Position numbers and translations under genes: made by a program
In this document: piece by piece, positions 44,988 through 54,502 of the stretch
Numbering within the stretch: the first letter of the stretch is position 1
Layout: each line of letters starts with the position of its first letter
The notes under the pieces: model-generated
What the model was told of the DNA's origin: nothing
Database searches by the model: none
What the model saw: only the letters and a program-made list of their open reading frames with translations
From: a virus
Reading direction: 5' to 3' (one strand)
DNA length: 64,000 bases
Virus record (IMG/VR): IMGVR_UViG_3300045988_180880
Span: 192,001 to 256,000 of that record

Positions 44988-45004
44988 AAACTCTAATAAA
45001 TGAA
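44988..45004 (+). promoter_or_regulatory. conserved leader motif AAACTCTAATAAATGAA
   Basis: Sits 96 nt before the ATG of 45100, the same spacing as 709-725 before 821. The flanking ~110 nt are alignable between the two leaders. Confidence 0.4.
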
Positions 45005-45099
45005 GTTAAGGTATCCTTAGTCTTCGATTTTATGTAACTGAACTCTGTATTGATGAGTTTAATAATTAGTTTAGTATAATAATAAAAAAATTAAATAAC

Positions 45100-47124
45100 A
45101 TGAATAATAAAATGTATAGGGAAAAAGTAATAGTTCCTAGAGGTATTAGATTTATTTCAGAATGGAGTGAATTTAATTTTAGCAAATTTCCAGGGAAGTG
45201 TATAATAAATAAGCAATTACCTGGTTGTGGATTTACTGAATACTGTATTAGAAGTGGTGAAAATATTATTCTATGTAGTCCAAGAAAAATGTTACTTAAG
45301 AATAAATGGAGTCAACATAAGAATGAAGTTTACTTAGTAGTAAATGAAATGGATAAAGATTCTAATATTGATAAAGATTTATCCAAAATCGATAAGAGCG
45401 TAGTAATAGATAATTTAGTTAAGGAAGAAATATCTACTAATTCTGAAATCTATAAAAGATTATATCATGAAATAGAAGAATATTGTATGAATAGACCTTA
45501 TGGATTAGGTAAGAAGATATTAGTTACTTACGATTCTTATAGGATAGTGAAGGATATCTTAGAAAAGTTAGGATGGTTTAATAGATTTATTACAGTTATA
45601 GATGAATTTCAGAGTATCTTACATGATGCTAGATTCAAAAGTGATACTGAATTAAAATTTATGGAATACCTTAAACAGTCCCCCACTGCATATTTTGTAT
45701 CTGCTACTCCAATGATGGATGAGTACCTAGAAATGTTAGATGAATTTAAAGATTTACCTTATTATGAATTAGATTGGGGAAGTGAAGACACAACAAGAAT
45801 TATTAAGCCTGATTTAGATGTATATTTAATGAGAACGGTTGGTGAAAAGGCGTCTGAAATTATTCAAAAATATCTTAATAATGATTTTGAAAGTGTAGTA
45901 GTTCTTAGAAATGGTATTCCAACTAGGATAATATCAGATGAGGCTGTATTTTATGTAAACAGTGTGAATCATATTACATCTATTATAAAAAAGAATAACC
46001 TTACCCCTGAACAATGTAATATATTATGTTCAGATACAGAAGATAATAAAAAGAAAATTCAGAGAAGACTTGGAAAATCTTTTACAATAGGAGAAGTACC
46101 GTTGAAAGGAGTTAAACCTAAGATGTTTACATTCTGTACTAGGACTGTATATCTTGGGGCTGATTTTTATAGTTTATGTGCAAGGAGTTTCATATTCTCA
46201 GATTCTAATATAGACAGTTTAGCTGTTGATATTAGTGAAGATCTTCCCCAAATACTAGGTCGTCAAAGACTTTTCGAAAATCCTTGGAGTAATAGTGCAA
46301 TATTCTATTATAGATCTACTGCTAACTATAGAGAGATGAAGGAAGAAGATTTTAAAAATATAATAGAATCTAAGAAAAAATCTACTGAAAATCTATTATT
46401 AGCATACAATACTACCTTAGACACTGTTAAGTATGATTTAGCAAAGAATTATCAAAAAGTTGCTAAATCTTATAACTACAAAGATGATTATGTAGCAGTA
46501 AATAAAATTCAAACACGGGATGGAAATATAATACTTAAACCTGTTCTTAACAATTTAGTATTAGTAAATGAGATTAGGGCATTTAAAATACAACAAATAG
46601 ATTATAAAGATAGATTTAGTGTATTTTCCACTATTCATAATACTTTATCTCCAGATGATATAGTTAATCAGGAGGTATCAGAATTTCTTAGAGTATATAC
46701 TAAATTAAGTACTATACATGATAAACTAAAAATGCTGTGTGAGTATGGTTTATCTAGTGATGCAATTGATATAGTTCTTGGACAGATAGCTGATTCTGAT
46801 GAAATTAAGTCTTATTATACTACATTGGGCTCTAGTAAGCTTAAATCACTATCTTATAATAGTGCTAAAATAAAAAATCATCTAGGGGTAGTAACATTTA
46901 GTCAAGAACTTCTAGAATCTAGTATTTATTCGGAATTTAAAGTAGGGGATAAAATAACACTATCTGATATAAAATCTAGACTTGAGGTGTTATATAAGTC
47001 CATTAATTACGACAAAGTAGCCAAAGCAAAGGATTTAGAAAACTATTTTGAAGTTAAGAATTCTAGTATTTATGAAAATGGAAAGAAAGTAAAATGTTAT
47101 ATTATTATTAAAAAGAAAGAATAA
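45100..47124 (+). CDS. SF2 helicase-like protein, paralogue B (atypical Walker A)
   Basis: Same motif set as 821..2899 (LPGCGFTEY, VIDEFQ, VSATP, QILGRQR), with long stretches of identity. Confidence 0.7.
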   Translation: MNNKMYREKVIVPRGIRFISEWSEFNFSKFPGKCIINKQLPGCGFTEYCIRSGENIILCSPRKMLLKNKWSQHKNEVYLVVNEMDKDSNIDKDLSKIDKSVVIDNLVKEEISTNSEIYKRLYHEIEEYCMNRPYGLGKKILVTYDSYRIVKDILEKLGWFNRFITVIDEFQSILHDARFKSDTELKFMEYLKQSPTAYFVSATPMMDEYLEMLDEFKDLPYYELDWGSEDTTRIIKPDLDVYLMRTVGEKASEIIQKYLNNDFESVVVLRNGIPTRIISDEAVFYVNSVNHITSIIKKNNLTPEQCNILCSDTEDNKKKIQRRLGKSFTIGEVPLKGVKPKMFTFCTRTVYLGADFYSLCARSFIFSDSNIDSLAVDISEDLPQILGRQRLFENPWSNSAIFYYRSTANYREMKEEDFKNIIESKKKSTENLLLAYNTTLDTVKYDLAKNYQKVAKSYNYKDDYVAVNKIQTRDGNIILKPVLNNLVLVNEIRAFKIQQIDYKDRFSVFSTIHNTLSPDDIVNQEVSEFLRVYTKLSTIHDKLKMLCEYGLSSDAIDIVLGQIADSDEIKSYYTTLGSSKLKSLSYNSAKIKNHLGVVTFSQELLESSIYSEFKVGDKITLSDIKSRLEVLYKSINYDKVAKAKDLENYFEVKNSSIYENGKKVKCYIIIKKKE

Positions 47125-47167
47125 TTAATCAATGAAATATATAAAAATATTCAATTATTTTTCACTT

Positions 47168-47184
47168 AAAACTCTAATAAATGA
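47168..47184 (+). promoter_or_regulatory. conserved motif AAACTCTAATAAATGAA
   Basis: Identical to the 17-mer at 44988-45004; 18 nt before the ATG at 47202. Confidence 0.35.
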
Positions 47185-47201
47185 ATAAAAAATAAATAAT
47201 T

Positions 47202-47684
47202 ATGGAGAATATAATAAATAGCTTTTTTATTAAGCAGAGCAGGATTACGGAACTTACTTTTGAATTTACAGAGAGATTATGGATTCAGTCAGTTCAATAT
47301 GAAGTTAGTACAGTAGAGCATATTCCTTACATAGTAACAACAGGAGGACGAAATAAACTTTACAAACTAGAAGAAAATCCGGATGTTACAAAATATGGAG
47401 AGGATTTATATCATATTAGAAGTATTATGAAAGATTCTATAACGGCCGAAGATGTAGAGATAAACGTTATGTACCAGATTGATAAAGCAACGAGAAATGT
47501 TTTTAAGGTTTCTCACTTATACGTTGCTTTTGAAGATGGTACAAAGAAAATACTCTACAATGAAACGGCCGAAACTTATATGTGTATCTTGAGAACTCTT
47601 CAAACTAGATTTCCAGAGTTAGTTTCAGGATTATTTGTTAAGATTGGAAATGATTATAAGTATTTCTTAGATATTGAACTATGA
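47202..47684 (+). CDS. hypothetical protein
   Basis: ORF-track ORF. Confidence 0.55.
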   Translation: MENIINSFFIKQSRITELTFEFTERLWIQSVQYEVSTVEHIPYIVTTGGRNKLYKLEENPDVTKYGEDLYHIRSIMKDSITAEDVEINVMYQIDKATRNVFKVSHLYVAFEDGTKKILYNETAETYMCILRTLQTRFPELVSGLFVKIGNDYKYFLDIEL

Positions 47685-48208
47685 AAGTAATATTATCTAG
47701 TCATCTTCCTGGAGTTATTGATATCCTAATTCCGATTGCATTGCCTTTTAGAAATGTAGTAGAATTAGCAGGAGATTTACAGACAACCATGAAATATATA
47801 GAAGAGAGGGATTGGTTAGCTCAAGGATATTATCTTAGTTTATCAGATAAGACTTGGAAGTGTTCTGATAGAGATAGAGTACTGTTTGTTCAGAATAATA
47901 AACTTCCTGATATAGCTTGTAAGAAGATAGGAATTAAACGATTATCAGATCTATTGTATGATAAATTTCTAGATAAACGTGGTCTTGATATTACTACAGT
48001 TGATAATCCTATGACTATTGAAAGTCTCTCTAAAAAAGAATATCACATCGGAAAATATAACCTCAAGAATGCAGATATAATGAGAGATTATCGTAGTGAT
48101 ATTTCCAGAGAAGAATTCGAAACTAGATCTATAACTGATAAACTTATTATAACTATAATATTAAAGGTTATAGATAAACATGGAGTAGATAAATTCTTTG
48201 TAGGGTAG
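47681..48208 (+). CDS. hypothetical protein
   Basis: ATGA overlap with the upstream gene. Confidence 0.55.
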   Translation: MKVILSSHLPGVIDILIPIALPFRNVVELAGDLQTTMKYIEERDWLAQGYYLSLSDKTWKCSDRDRVLFVQNNKLPDIACKKIGIKRLSDLLYDKFLDKRGLDITTVDNPMTIESLSKKEYHIGKYNLKNADIMRDYRSDISREEFETRSITDKLIITIILKVIDKHGVDKFFVG

Positions 48209-48237
48209 AAAAACGATGGGTTTGAAAAGACGTTAAA

Positions 48238-48252
48238 TTCTTATATATGAGA
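48238..48252 (+). promoter_or_regulatory. candidate promoter TTCTTATATATGAGA
   Basis: Motif family member in the 48209-48435 intergenic region. Confidence 0.3.
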
Positions 48253-48435
48253 AAATAAATTCTTTAAGATCAAAATTCATACACAAATACAACTATACAA
48301 AAACAAAGAAAATAATGAATTTTGATCATTAATTTTTCGCCGTTAAAAATCGAATGGTTTAGAAAACGGTAAAAGCCTTATAAGAGATAAGATAACAAAA
48401 ATATTAACAAATTATTTTTCTAAAGAACAAGAATT

Positions 48436-48780
48436 ATGGAAAAAGAAGAAACTAAAAAAGAAAAAAAATCTGGTTGGTTTAGTAGAAATAAATACACAAT
48501 CGGAGGAGTTGCCGTTGGAATGGTACTTGGTGGAATAATAGTTAAATACCACAAACCAATAATATCCACTGGCAAGGGTATAGGAAATGCAGCTATAGGT
48601 CTTTTAAAGAGAAAGAAATCAGTTGCAACAACAGTTACCGGTATAGGAGAATCGGATATGATTCCTGAAGTAAAGCCGGAAATAACATCAGCCCCTACAA
48701 ATGGAGGCAATGGTGGTTACAAGAACGGTGGTTACAGAAGTCTCAACAGCCACCAAAGAGTAAATAATGTTAACTTATAA
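48436..48780 (+). CDS. membrane-anchored protein with Gly-rich basic tail
   Basis: TM segment IGGVAVGMVLGGIIV; C-terminus NGGNGGYKNGGYRS. Preferred over the antisense ORF 48420..48710. Confidence 0.5.
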   Translation: MEKEETKKEKKSGWFSRNKYTIGGVAVGMVLGGIIVKYHKPIISTGKGIGNAAIGLLKRKKSVATTVTGIGESDMIPEVKPEITSAPTNGGNGGYKNGGYRSLNSHQRVNNVNL

Positions 48781-48796
48781 GAAGGAGGATAAGAAA

Positions 48797-48970
48797 ATGA
48801 AATTGACAAATTTTTTATATCTTGCAGTAGGATTTGGAACCGGAATAGCAGCAGTTAAGCTAGAACAGAAGTACGGTTACTGTGAAAAATTGATTGGAGA
48901 CGTCAAAAAGAAGATCACTGGTGACGGTATTGAAGAAGTCGAAGAAATTCCCGCTGAGGAAAAGAAATAA
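48797..48970 (+). CDS. small membrane protein (track ORF trimmed to ATG 48797)
   Basis: MKLTNFLYLAVGFGTGIAAV, preceded by GAAGGAGG with an 8-nt spacer. This is a rare Shine-Dalgarno-like site in this window. Confidence 0.5.
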   Translation: MKLTNFLYLAVGFGTGIAAVKLEQKYGYCEKLIGDVKKKITGDGIEEVEEIPAEEKK

Positions 48971-49287
48971 ATTTTCCTTCTTTTAAGTTTAGAGTATAGA
49001 GGTATTGAATTGCTTCTATACTCTTTTTCTTTATTTAGGTTATGAAAAACACAATGATGAAAATAGAAGATGATGAAGAAAAAGAAGTAGAAGTAGAAAT
49101 AGAACAAAAACATAATTCTTGTTTATTGTTATCTCAGGGGAGGGTTCTGGAGGTCCATCCAGTTCCCTTCTTATAAAGAGATATTAAACAAGACAGATGA
49201 GTCAGCATCTATAAATAGCATATTAAGCTGACTGCGTTAAATAAAGAATTATAAACTTAAATATTAACAATAAAACTTAAAAGAAAA

Positions 49288-49467
49288 ATGGACATTAAAA
49301 AAAGAGAAAAAATAGCGATGGGGAGTTACTCAGTAGCTAATGTATGTCTCCGTGGTATAAAGATAGGTAGTCAAATTATAGCTCTTATATACGTAATAGG
49401 ATTCGGAGCTTCACTTATTGGAGACTTTCAAACAAAGAAAATTAGAAAAATTAATTCAAAAAGATAA
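49288..49467 (+). CDS. small membrane protein (59 aa, below track cutoff)
   Basis: ATG at 49288, TAA at 49465; hydrophobic core GSQIIALIYVIGFGASLIG. Confidence 0.4.
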   Translation: MDIKKREKIAMGSYSVANVCLRGIKIGSQIIALIYVIGFGASLIGDFQTKKIRKINSKR

Positions 49468-49471
49468 AAAT

Positions 49472-49753
49472 ATGATAAATATTGGTTCGTTACTTGGTGT
49501 ACAGAAAACAAGTACTACATTTTTAAAAGATAATAATAGTACTAAAACAATAACAGCTGAGTATTCAGAAAAAAGTTCTAAGATAATGATAGGAGTTGCG
49601 ATGCTTAGCATTTTAGGAGTAACATTATTAGGTGTAGGAAGTGCACTATTTTCTAAAAACGGATCTATTGGTAAACCTCAGGGAGGAGGAAATAATAGAC
49701 CCCCCAAAAAAGGAGGAATGGTTCGTGGGATTAGCAGTGGACAAAGGGGATAA
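49472..49753 (+). CDS. membrane-anchored protein with Gly-rich basic tail (track ORF trimmed to ATG)
   Basis: TM segment IMIGVAMLSILGVTLLGVGSALF; tail PQGGGNNRPPKKGGMVRGISSGQRG. Confidence 0.5.
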   Translation: MINIGSLLGVQKTSTTFLKDNNSTKTITAEYSEKSSKIMIGVAMLSILGVTLLGVGSALFSKNGSIGKPQGGGNNRPPKKGGMVRGISSGQRG

Positions 49754-49791
49754 AAAGAAGAATAAACAAACTTAAAAGAAAAGAAAAAGAA

Positions 49792-51099
49792 ATGAAACCT
49801 AAAAAATTAATACTAATTGGTTTAGGATTAGCCCTTGGTGGTTATCTGCTAGCCAGAGAAACAAAAAAAGAAATAAAAAAATTAGAAAAACAGAAAAAAC
49901 AAGTCGATGATGCACTTGAAGGTCTTGGAATTTCTTCAGATATATTAAGAGAAAAATCTAATGAAATTGTCAATTCCTTCGAAGAATATAGCGAAGTCGA
50001 CGAAGAAAATGACGAAAGTGATAACTTAGTACTAGCAATGTATAACGTTATCCAATTCGGCGATAGAAAGGGAAAGGTCAGTCCATGGGATCTTGATCTT
50101 ATTCGTATTCGCAATATAGTAGAAGAAGATAGATGGGGTAAAAAAAGGATAGTTAAGCAGGGATTATTGGATTGCGAGAACATCATTCACGTAAGTCAAT
50201 CTGACACTAGGTTTGGAAAAAGGAAATTAGAATTTATTTTCGAAATTCCAACAACTGCTTATAATAGAAATCTATCTGGTTATCCAAAGATAAATGATTA
50301 TAAAGATACGTTTAGTGAATTAGGAGATACCTTAAATCAAGAGTTTATAGGTACAGAAGATGAAAACATTGACCGTTTCTTTGTTGGATATTATATACTT
50401 TCTTATAAAATAAAGGGAGTAACGTATACAAAAGTAGTAAATGAAGAGACTGATGAAACTCGTACTTATGAAAAAGTATTTCAGGCAGCAGTGGAGATTC
50501 CTAAGAGAGATTATGAATCTTATAATGTTTATTGGCCTGATGGAAGACTTAAATATAATGGTTTTTCAGAGTTTATGCAAGACTTATTCGATTATACAGA
50601 TGGACGTAAGAGTCTGAGTAAAAAACTTACAGGTCATATTTTCGAGAATATTGCATTTTTCAGTAAGGAACTAAATGATCTTGGAAAAACTCAAGAAGAT
50701 GTATATGATGTAAAAATAGCATCTACATTTTTAGGGTATAAATTAAGATTTCCGATGAAGGATGAAATTGACGATGAACCTGGAGTAGATTTATATACAG
50801 CTCTTGATATGCTTCATTATGTAACTATTCCTGAAAACTTAACAATCTATAAGAGAAGGAGTAATTTGCATGGAACATATTCAACAAAATATAATCACGT
50901 AATGTTTCAAGCAAGAGATACAAATCCAGTGTATAAAGATCTTGGGTTTGATATCATGCTTTACTATACTGTGGATATAGAAGATGAGGATAAGAAGGAT
51001 TTTGTAAATCGAAAGATAGATATCGAATCCATGGAGTATGAACTTGGAGAAGAAAAGTCCCTGGAAGAAAAAGCCGAAGATGAGGAAAAGAAAAAATAA
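49792..51099 (+). CDS. hypothetical membrane-anchored acidic protein
   Basis: N-terminal TM segment LILIGLGLALGGYLLA; acidic C-terminus. Confidence 0.6.
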   Translation: MKPKKLILIGLGLALGGYLLARETKKEIKKLEKQKKQVDDALEGLGISSDILREKSNEIVNSFEEYSEVDEENDESDNLVLAMYNVIQFGDRKGKVSPWDLDLIRIRNIVEEDRWGKKRIVKQGLLDCENIIHVSQSDTRFGKRKLEFIFEIPTTAYNRNLSGYPKINDYKDTFSELGDTLNQEFIGTEDENIDRFFVGYYILSYKIKGVTYTKVVNEETDETRTYEKVFQAAVEIPKRDYESYNVYWPDGRLKYNGFSEFMQDLFDYTDGRKSLSKKLTGHIFENIAFFSKELNDLGKTQEDVYDVKIASTFLGYKLRFPMKDEIDDEPGVDLYTALDMLHYVTIPENLTIYKRRSNLHGTYSTKYNHVMFQARDTNPVYKDLGFDIMLYYTVDIEDEDKKDFVNRKIDIESMEYELGEEKSLEEKAEDEEKKK

Positions 51100-51110
51100 A
51101 ATAAAAATTA

Positions 51111-51146
51111 AACTAGATAGAGGTAAAATTCTATCTAGTTTTTTAT
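51111..51146. terminator. bidirectional hairpin terminator
   Basis: AACTAGATAG (51111-51120) / CTATCTAGTT (51131-51140) followed by TTTTTTATT, between convergent genes. Confidence 0.6.
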
Positions 51147-51162
51147 TCTATAACTGAGAAAA

Positions 51163-51792
51163 TCAATTATCAAAAGAGATCTCATTTATTTTATTATCAC
51201 TTTCTTCTTTTAGTCTTTCTCCTGGATCCTTTAATTCTTCTTTTATATACTGATTATCTATAAAAGAGAATACATCAAGAGGATATTTTCCAACAGATCC
51301 ACTATCTTTATATTCTTTGATAGCATTACTTAGAGAATAAAGTGGATCTTCTTTCTTTTTGTTCCTAATATTTTCAAAAAATTTAGATATAATTTTCCTT
51401 AGAGTTCTTACTTCTTTATGAAATCTAAAATCTTGTTTCTTCTCTTGGACTATTATTTCTATGATTTTATTAATAATTACTATAACAGAATCTCCTGCAG
51501 TTAACTTTTTATTTCTAAGTCTTTTGAATTCTTTCTTAAGAAATGGTTTATAAAGGTATAATATTCTTCCATAAATTTCTATATCTTCAGGTCGAACAGA
51601 TTGATCTATCCTTTCAATAGTTAACTTAACAGTATGAATATAGGATTTAGTAATACCTATATACCGATGTTCATTTTCTAGAAATTGTGTTAACTCACTA
51701 AATAAAAATCCAGTTATATCAAGTAATCCTTCTAAGTACATATCCTCAGGAACTTGGATATTCTCAGCTATTCTTTTTTCAATATCTTTCAT
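51163..51792 (-). CDS. hypothetical protein
   Basis: ORF-track ORF. CTTAATTATGTAA motif at 51811-51823 on the minus strand, 19 nt upstream. Confidence 0.55.
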   Translation of the reverse strand: MKDIEKRIAENIQVPEDMYLEGLLDITGFLFSELTQFLENEHRYIGITKSYIHTVKLTIERIDQSVRPEDIEIYGRILYLYKPFLKKEFKRLRNKKLTAGDSVIVIINKIIEIIVQEKKQDFRFHKEVRTLRKIISKFFENIRNKKKEDPLYSLSNAIKEYKDSGSVGKYPLDVFSFIDNQYIKEELKDPGERLKEESDNKINEISFDN

Positions 51793-51849
51793 ATTAGTAT
51801 AATTTTAGTTTTACATAATTAAGATTTAGGACCTTTTATAGTAGCAAAA

Positions 51850-51867
51850 TCCTTATTAATGTAGTAA
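51850..51867 (+). promoter_or_regulatory. candidate promoter TCCTTATTAATGTAGTAA
   Basis: Motif family member 20 nt upstream of the ATG at 51887. Nearly identical to the minus-strand site at 57372-57389. Confidence 0.4.
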
Positions 51868-51886
51868 TGTAAAAAATAAAACGATT

Positions 51887-52438
51887 ATGGCATTAACTAG
51901 AAGTCAGAGAGAAATAATAATTAATGAAGTAAAAAAATTGTATATTAAAGAGTTTGATGAAAGTAAAAAACTACATAATGAATTAGTAGATTTTATTTTT
52001 GATGCGATCTTAGAATGTTTAACTCCAGAAGAAAAAGAGTTTACATTGAAGTATCAAGATTATTTAAATAGTGTTCAAGTATTTGATTTTACAGGAGATG
52101 GAGTATTAAAAAAAGAATTTCCTGAAGAAAATATAAACTGTTTAAATTGGGGGGATAATCTTTATTATTTTTCTAAAGGAATAAGAATTGAAAAACGAAT
52201 AGATGGGAATTTGATTTCTGCTCCTAGTCTATTTAAAGGTAATGAGTGGAGTAGTTTTAAACATCAAAGTCCTGAATTATATAAAGAAGCTTTGGAAAAA
52301 CTTAGAGAATATGTAGTAGTTTCTAAAAGAGCATGTAATAAGTTATTCGAGTTAGAAGAAACTTTGGAAAATAAAAACTTAACTCTAACTGCTTTGAAAA
52401 CTAATTTTATAGAACTTTATAATATATTAAAATCATGA
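51887..52438 (+). CDS. hypothetical protein
   Basis: ORF-track ORF. Confidence 0.55.
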   Translation: MALTRSQREIIINEVKKLYIKEFDESKKLHNELVDFIFDAILECLTPEEKEFTLKYQDYLNSVQVFDFTGDGVLKKEFPEENINCLNWGDNLYYFSKGIRIEKRIDGNLISAPSLFKGNEWSSFKHQSPELYKEALEKLREYVVVSKRACNKLFELEETLENKNLTLTALKTNFIELYNILKS

Positions 52439-53136
52439 TTCTAGATAAAGACAAAAGTAAATTAATTTCGAGAGATATCTTATTATCAACTTATAAAGAA
52501 CTTTTAGATAACTCAGGTCTTAAGAAAAAATTAGCAAGATTAGAAAAACTAATTAAAGAATTAGTAGTTGAACTTTATAGAAAGTATGTATTTTCCGACG
52601 AGTTATTACAGTTATTTGATAAATCTAAGAAAATTGCAAAAACTATGAGATCTATTGATGTAAATTTTCAAGTTCTAGGATTATGTGACTCTCCTCAAGG
52701 TTACTATCCTAATAAGATATTAACATTAGATTCTGGAACACCTATTGGATTTGTTGTAAGTATAAACAGGTGGGTAAATATAGAAGATGATTATTTAGAG
52801 AGTTTGCCTATGTGTGGTGATGATACTTATAAGTTAATGAATGTTATAGATAAGTTTACACCAGAAGAAGTAGATGTTCTTAAAAATGCTTATATAGATC
52901 TCTTTAAAGCAACTTATGCAATAAGAAACTTTAAAGGTGGGCAAGATAAATACCTTCCAGAAAATATAAAAACTTATGGACAACTACATGATTATGATCT
53001 AGAAATTTTTGAAATAGCTTATAATAAATTCATACAACAAAGGGATGAATTAAAAGTAAAAAATAATGAATCACACTTAGATAGAAATGATATTCCTGGA
53101 AGTTTACAACGACTTAAAAGAATACTTGAACTCTAA
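52435..53136 (+). CDS. hypothetical protein
   Basis: ATGA overlap with the upstream gene. Confidence 0.55.
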   Translation: MILDKDKSKLISRDILLSTYKELLDNSGLKKKLARLEKLIKELVVELYRKYVFSDELLQLFDKSKKIAKTMRSIDVNFQVLGLCDSPQGYYPNKILTLDSGTPIGFVVSINRWVNIEDDYLESLPMCGDDTYKLMNVIDKFTPEEVDVLKNAYIDLFKATYAIRNFKGGQDKYLPENIKTYGQLHDYDLEIFEIAYNKFIQQRDELKVKNNESHLDRNDIPGSLQRLKRILEL

Positions 53137-53185
53137 GAAGAAAATAAAAAGAGAGAAACCTATTAAGGCCTCTCTTTATTTTTTT

Positions 53186-53503
53186 TTAATCTAGACTATT
53201 ACTACTAAGTATGACTCTAGTAATCGCTTCATCATCTACATCTCTATCAATTCTTGGATAATGAATTACTTCTACTGCATAAAAGTACATAGTCCCTGAG
53301 TTTTTGTCTAATGACATGGATATAATATCTGCATATTCTTCTGCATTCTCCACATCATTTGTCATATTTTCTCTTACATACTCTGCAATGTTTCTGCTGA
53401 GTACTACCTTATCCCCTTTTCTTGGGATGTTTTCAAATTCTAGGGTGATGTGGATAAAACATTCTCCACTAATTCCCATAAATGAACAGTCTATTCTTTT
53501 CAT
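53186..53503 (-). CDS. hypothetical protein
   Basis: ORF-track ORF. GCCTTATTATTGAGAA motif on the minus strand at 53516-53531. Confidence 0.55.
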   Translation of the reverse strand: MKRIDCSFMGISGECFIHITLEFENIPRKGDKVVLSRNIAEYVRENMTNDVENAEEYADIISMSLDKNSGTMYFYAVEVIHYPRIDRDVDDEAITRVILSSNSLD

Positions 53504-53544
53504 AATTTCTTGTTTTTCTCAATAATAAGGCTTTGAAGGTAAAA

Positions 53545-53559
53545 CTCTTATAGATGTAA
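53545..53559 (+). promoter_or_regulatory. candidate promoter CTCTTATAGATGTAA
   Basis: Motif family member 16 nt upstream of the ATG at 53575. Back-to-back with the minus-strand motif at 53516-53531. Confidence 0.3.
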
Positions 53560-53574
53560 TAAAAATTAAAGAAT

Positions 53575-53934
53575 ATGAATGAAAACTATGTATTAGTAAG
53601 ATGGCCAGAATCACAAGAATTTATGGAATGTGATTGGTTTAGAGATGAAGCAATTTTAGCTTTGGGACATGAAGATCAGACTGGAAGTAGTGCATATTTT
53701 ATTCCAGAATCTAGAATCTTAACTAAAGAGTATGTTCAACAAAGAGTAGCAGAACTTTGTAGAGATTATGAAGTTACACCAGAAGAAGAGGATTATTCTA
53801 GTAAACAATGGTGTGATGAGGCTTTCCCATATGAAGGTGGAATGTCTTTAAAAGAATTAATTGTAGAAATTGCTCTATTAGTAAGAAAAAGATCAACTCT
53901 TCAAGACGATAAAAAATACGACGGAGAGATGTAA
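53575..53934 (+). CDS. hypothetical protein
   Basis: ORF-track ORF, followed by the hairpin GAGAGGA..TCCTCTC and a T-run. Confidence 0.55.
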   Translation: MNENYVLVRWPESQEFMECDWFRDEAILALGHEDQTGSSAYFIPESRILTKEYVQQRVAELCRDYEVTPEEEDYSSKQWCDEAFPYEGGMSLKELIVEIALLVRKRSTLQDDKKYDGEM

Positions 53935-53979
53935 AAAAAATTGAGAGGAACCTATTTGAATGGTATCCTCTCTTTATTT

Positions 53980-54186
53980 TTATCCTACTTTTCCAGTTCT
54001 AAATGCTCTGGACTTTAAAATTTTACAACCTTTCTCTCCATGATAAACAATTAAATCGAATTTATCAAGATCCGGTCCAGTAAAATTTGTATGACTCAGG
54101 TTCATCATAGACAAAGTTACTTCACCTGTCTTACAATGTAGGTCATCATCTCCTAAAATTAATGTGTTAAGTACAAATTTATTCAT
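53980..54186 (-). CDS. hypothetical small protein
   Basis: ORF-track ORF; overlaps the stop of the thioredoxin-like gene. Confidence 0.45.
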   Translation of the reverse strand: MNKFVLNTLILGDDDLHCKTGEVTLSMMNLSHTNFTGPDLDKFDLIVYHGEKGCKILKSRAFRTGKVG

Positions 54187-54502
54187 TTCCTGATTCTGAT
54201 ATTAGTAAATCTAGATTTTCTCTAATTGTTTTCTCTGGATGTGAACCTACTAATCGATTCTGAAGTACTCCATCTTTAAAGAATAGTAGTGTTGGAATGT
54301 TTCTTATACCAAATTCTGATGTAAGTTCTGCACATTCATCAACATCACATCCGTAAATATTAACTTTCCCTTCATATTCGGTTGCTAATTTTTCAACGAT
54401 TGGTTTAATTACTTGACAACCACCACACCATTCAGCAGAATAATCTACTACTACAAGTCCTTCATTAATCAGGTTTCTTTCACTGTCTTTTAACTCTTTC
54501 AT
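54179..54502 (-). CDS. thioredoxin-like protein (CGGC active site)
   Basis: VVVDYSAEWCGGCQVIKP...IRNIPTLLFFKDG matches the thioredoxin fold pattern. The dithiol is WCGGC rather than WCGPC. Confidence 0.8.
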   Translation of the reverse strand: MKELKDSERNLINEGLVVVDYSAEWCGGCQVIKPIVEKLATEYEGKVNIYGCDVDECAELTSEFGIRNIPTLLFFKDGVLQNRLVGSHPEKTIRENLDLLISESGNE

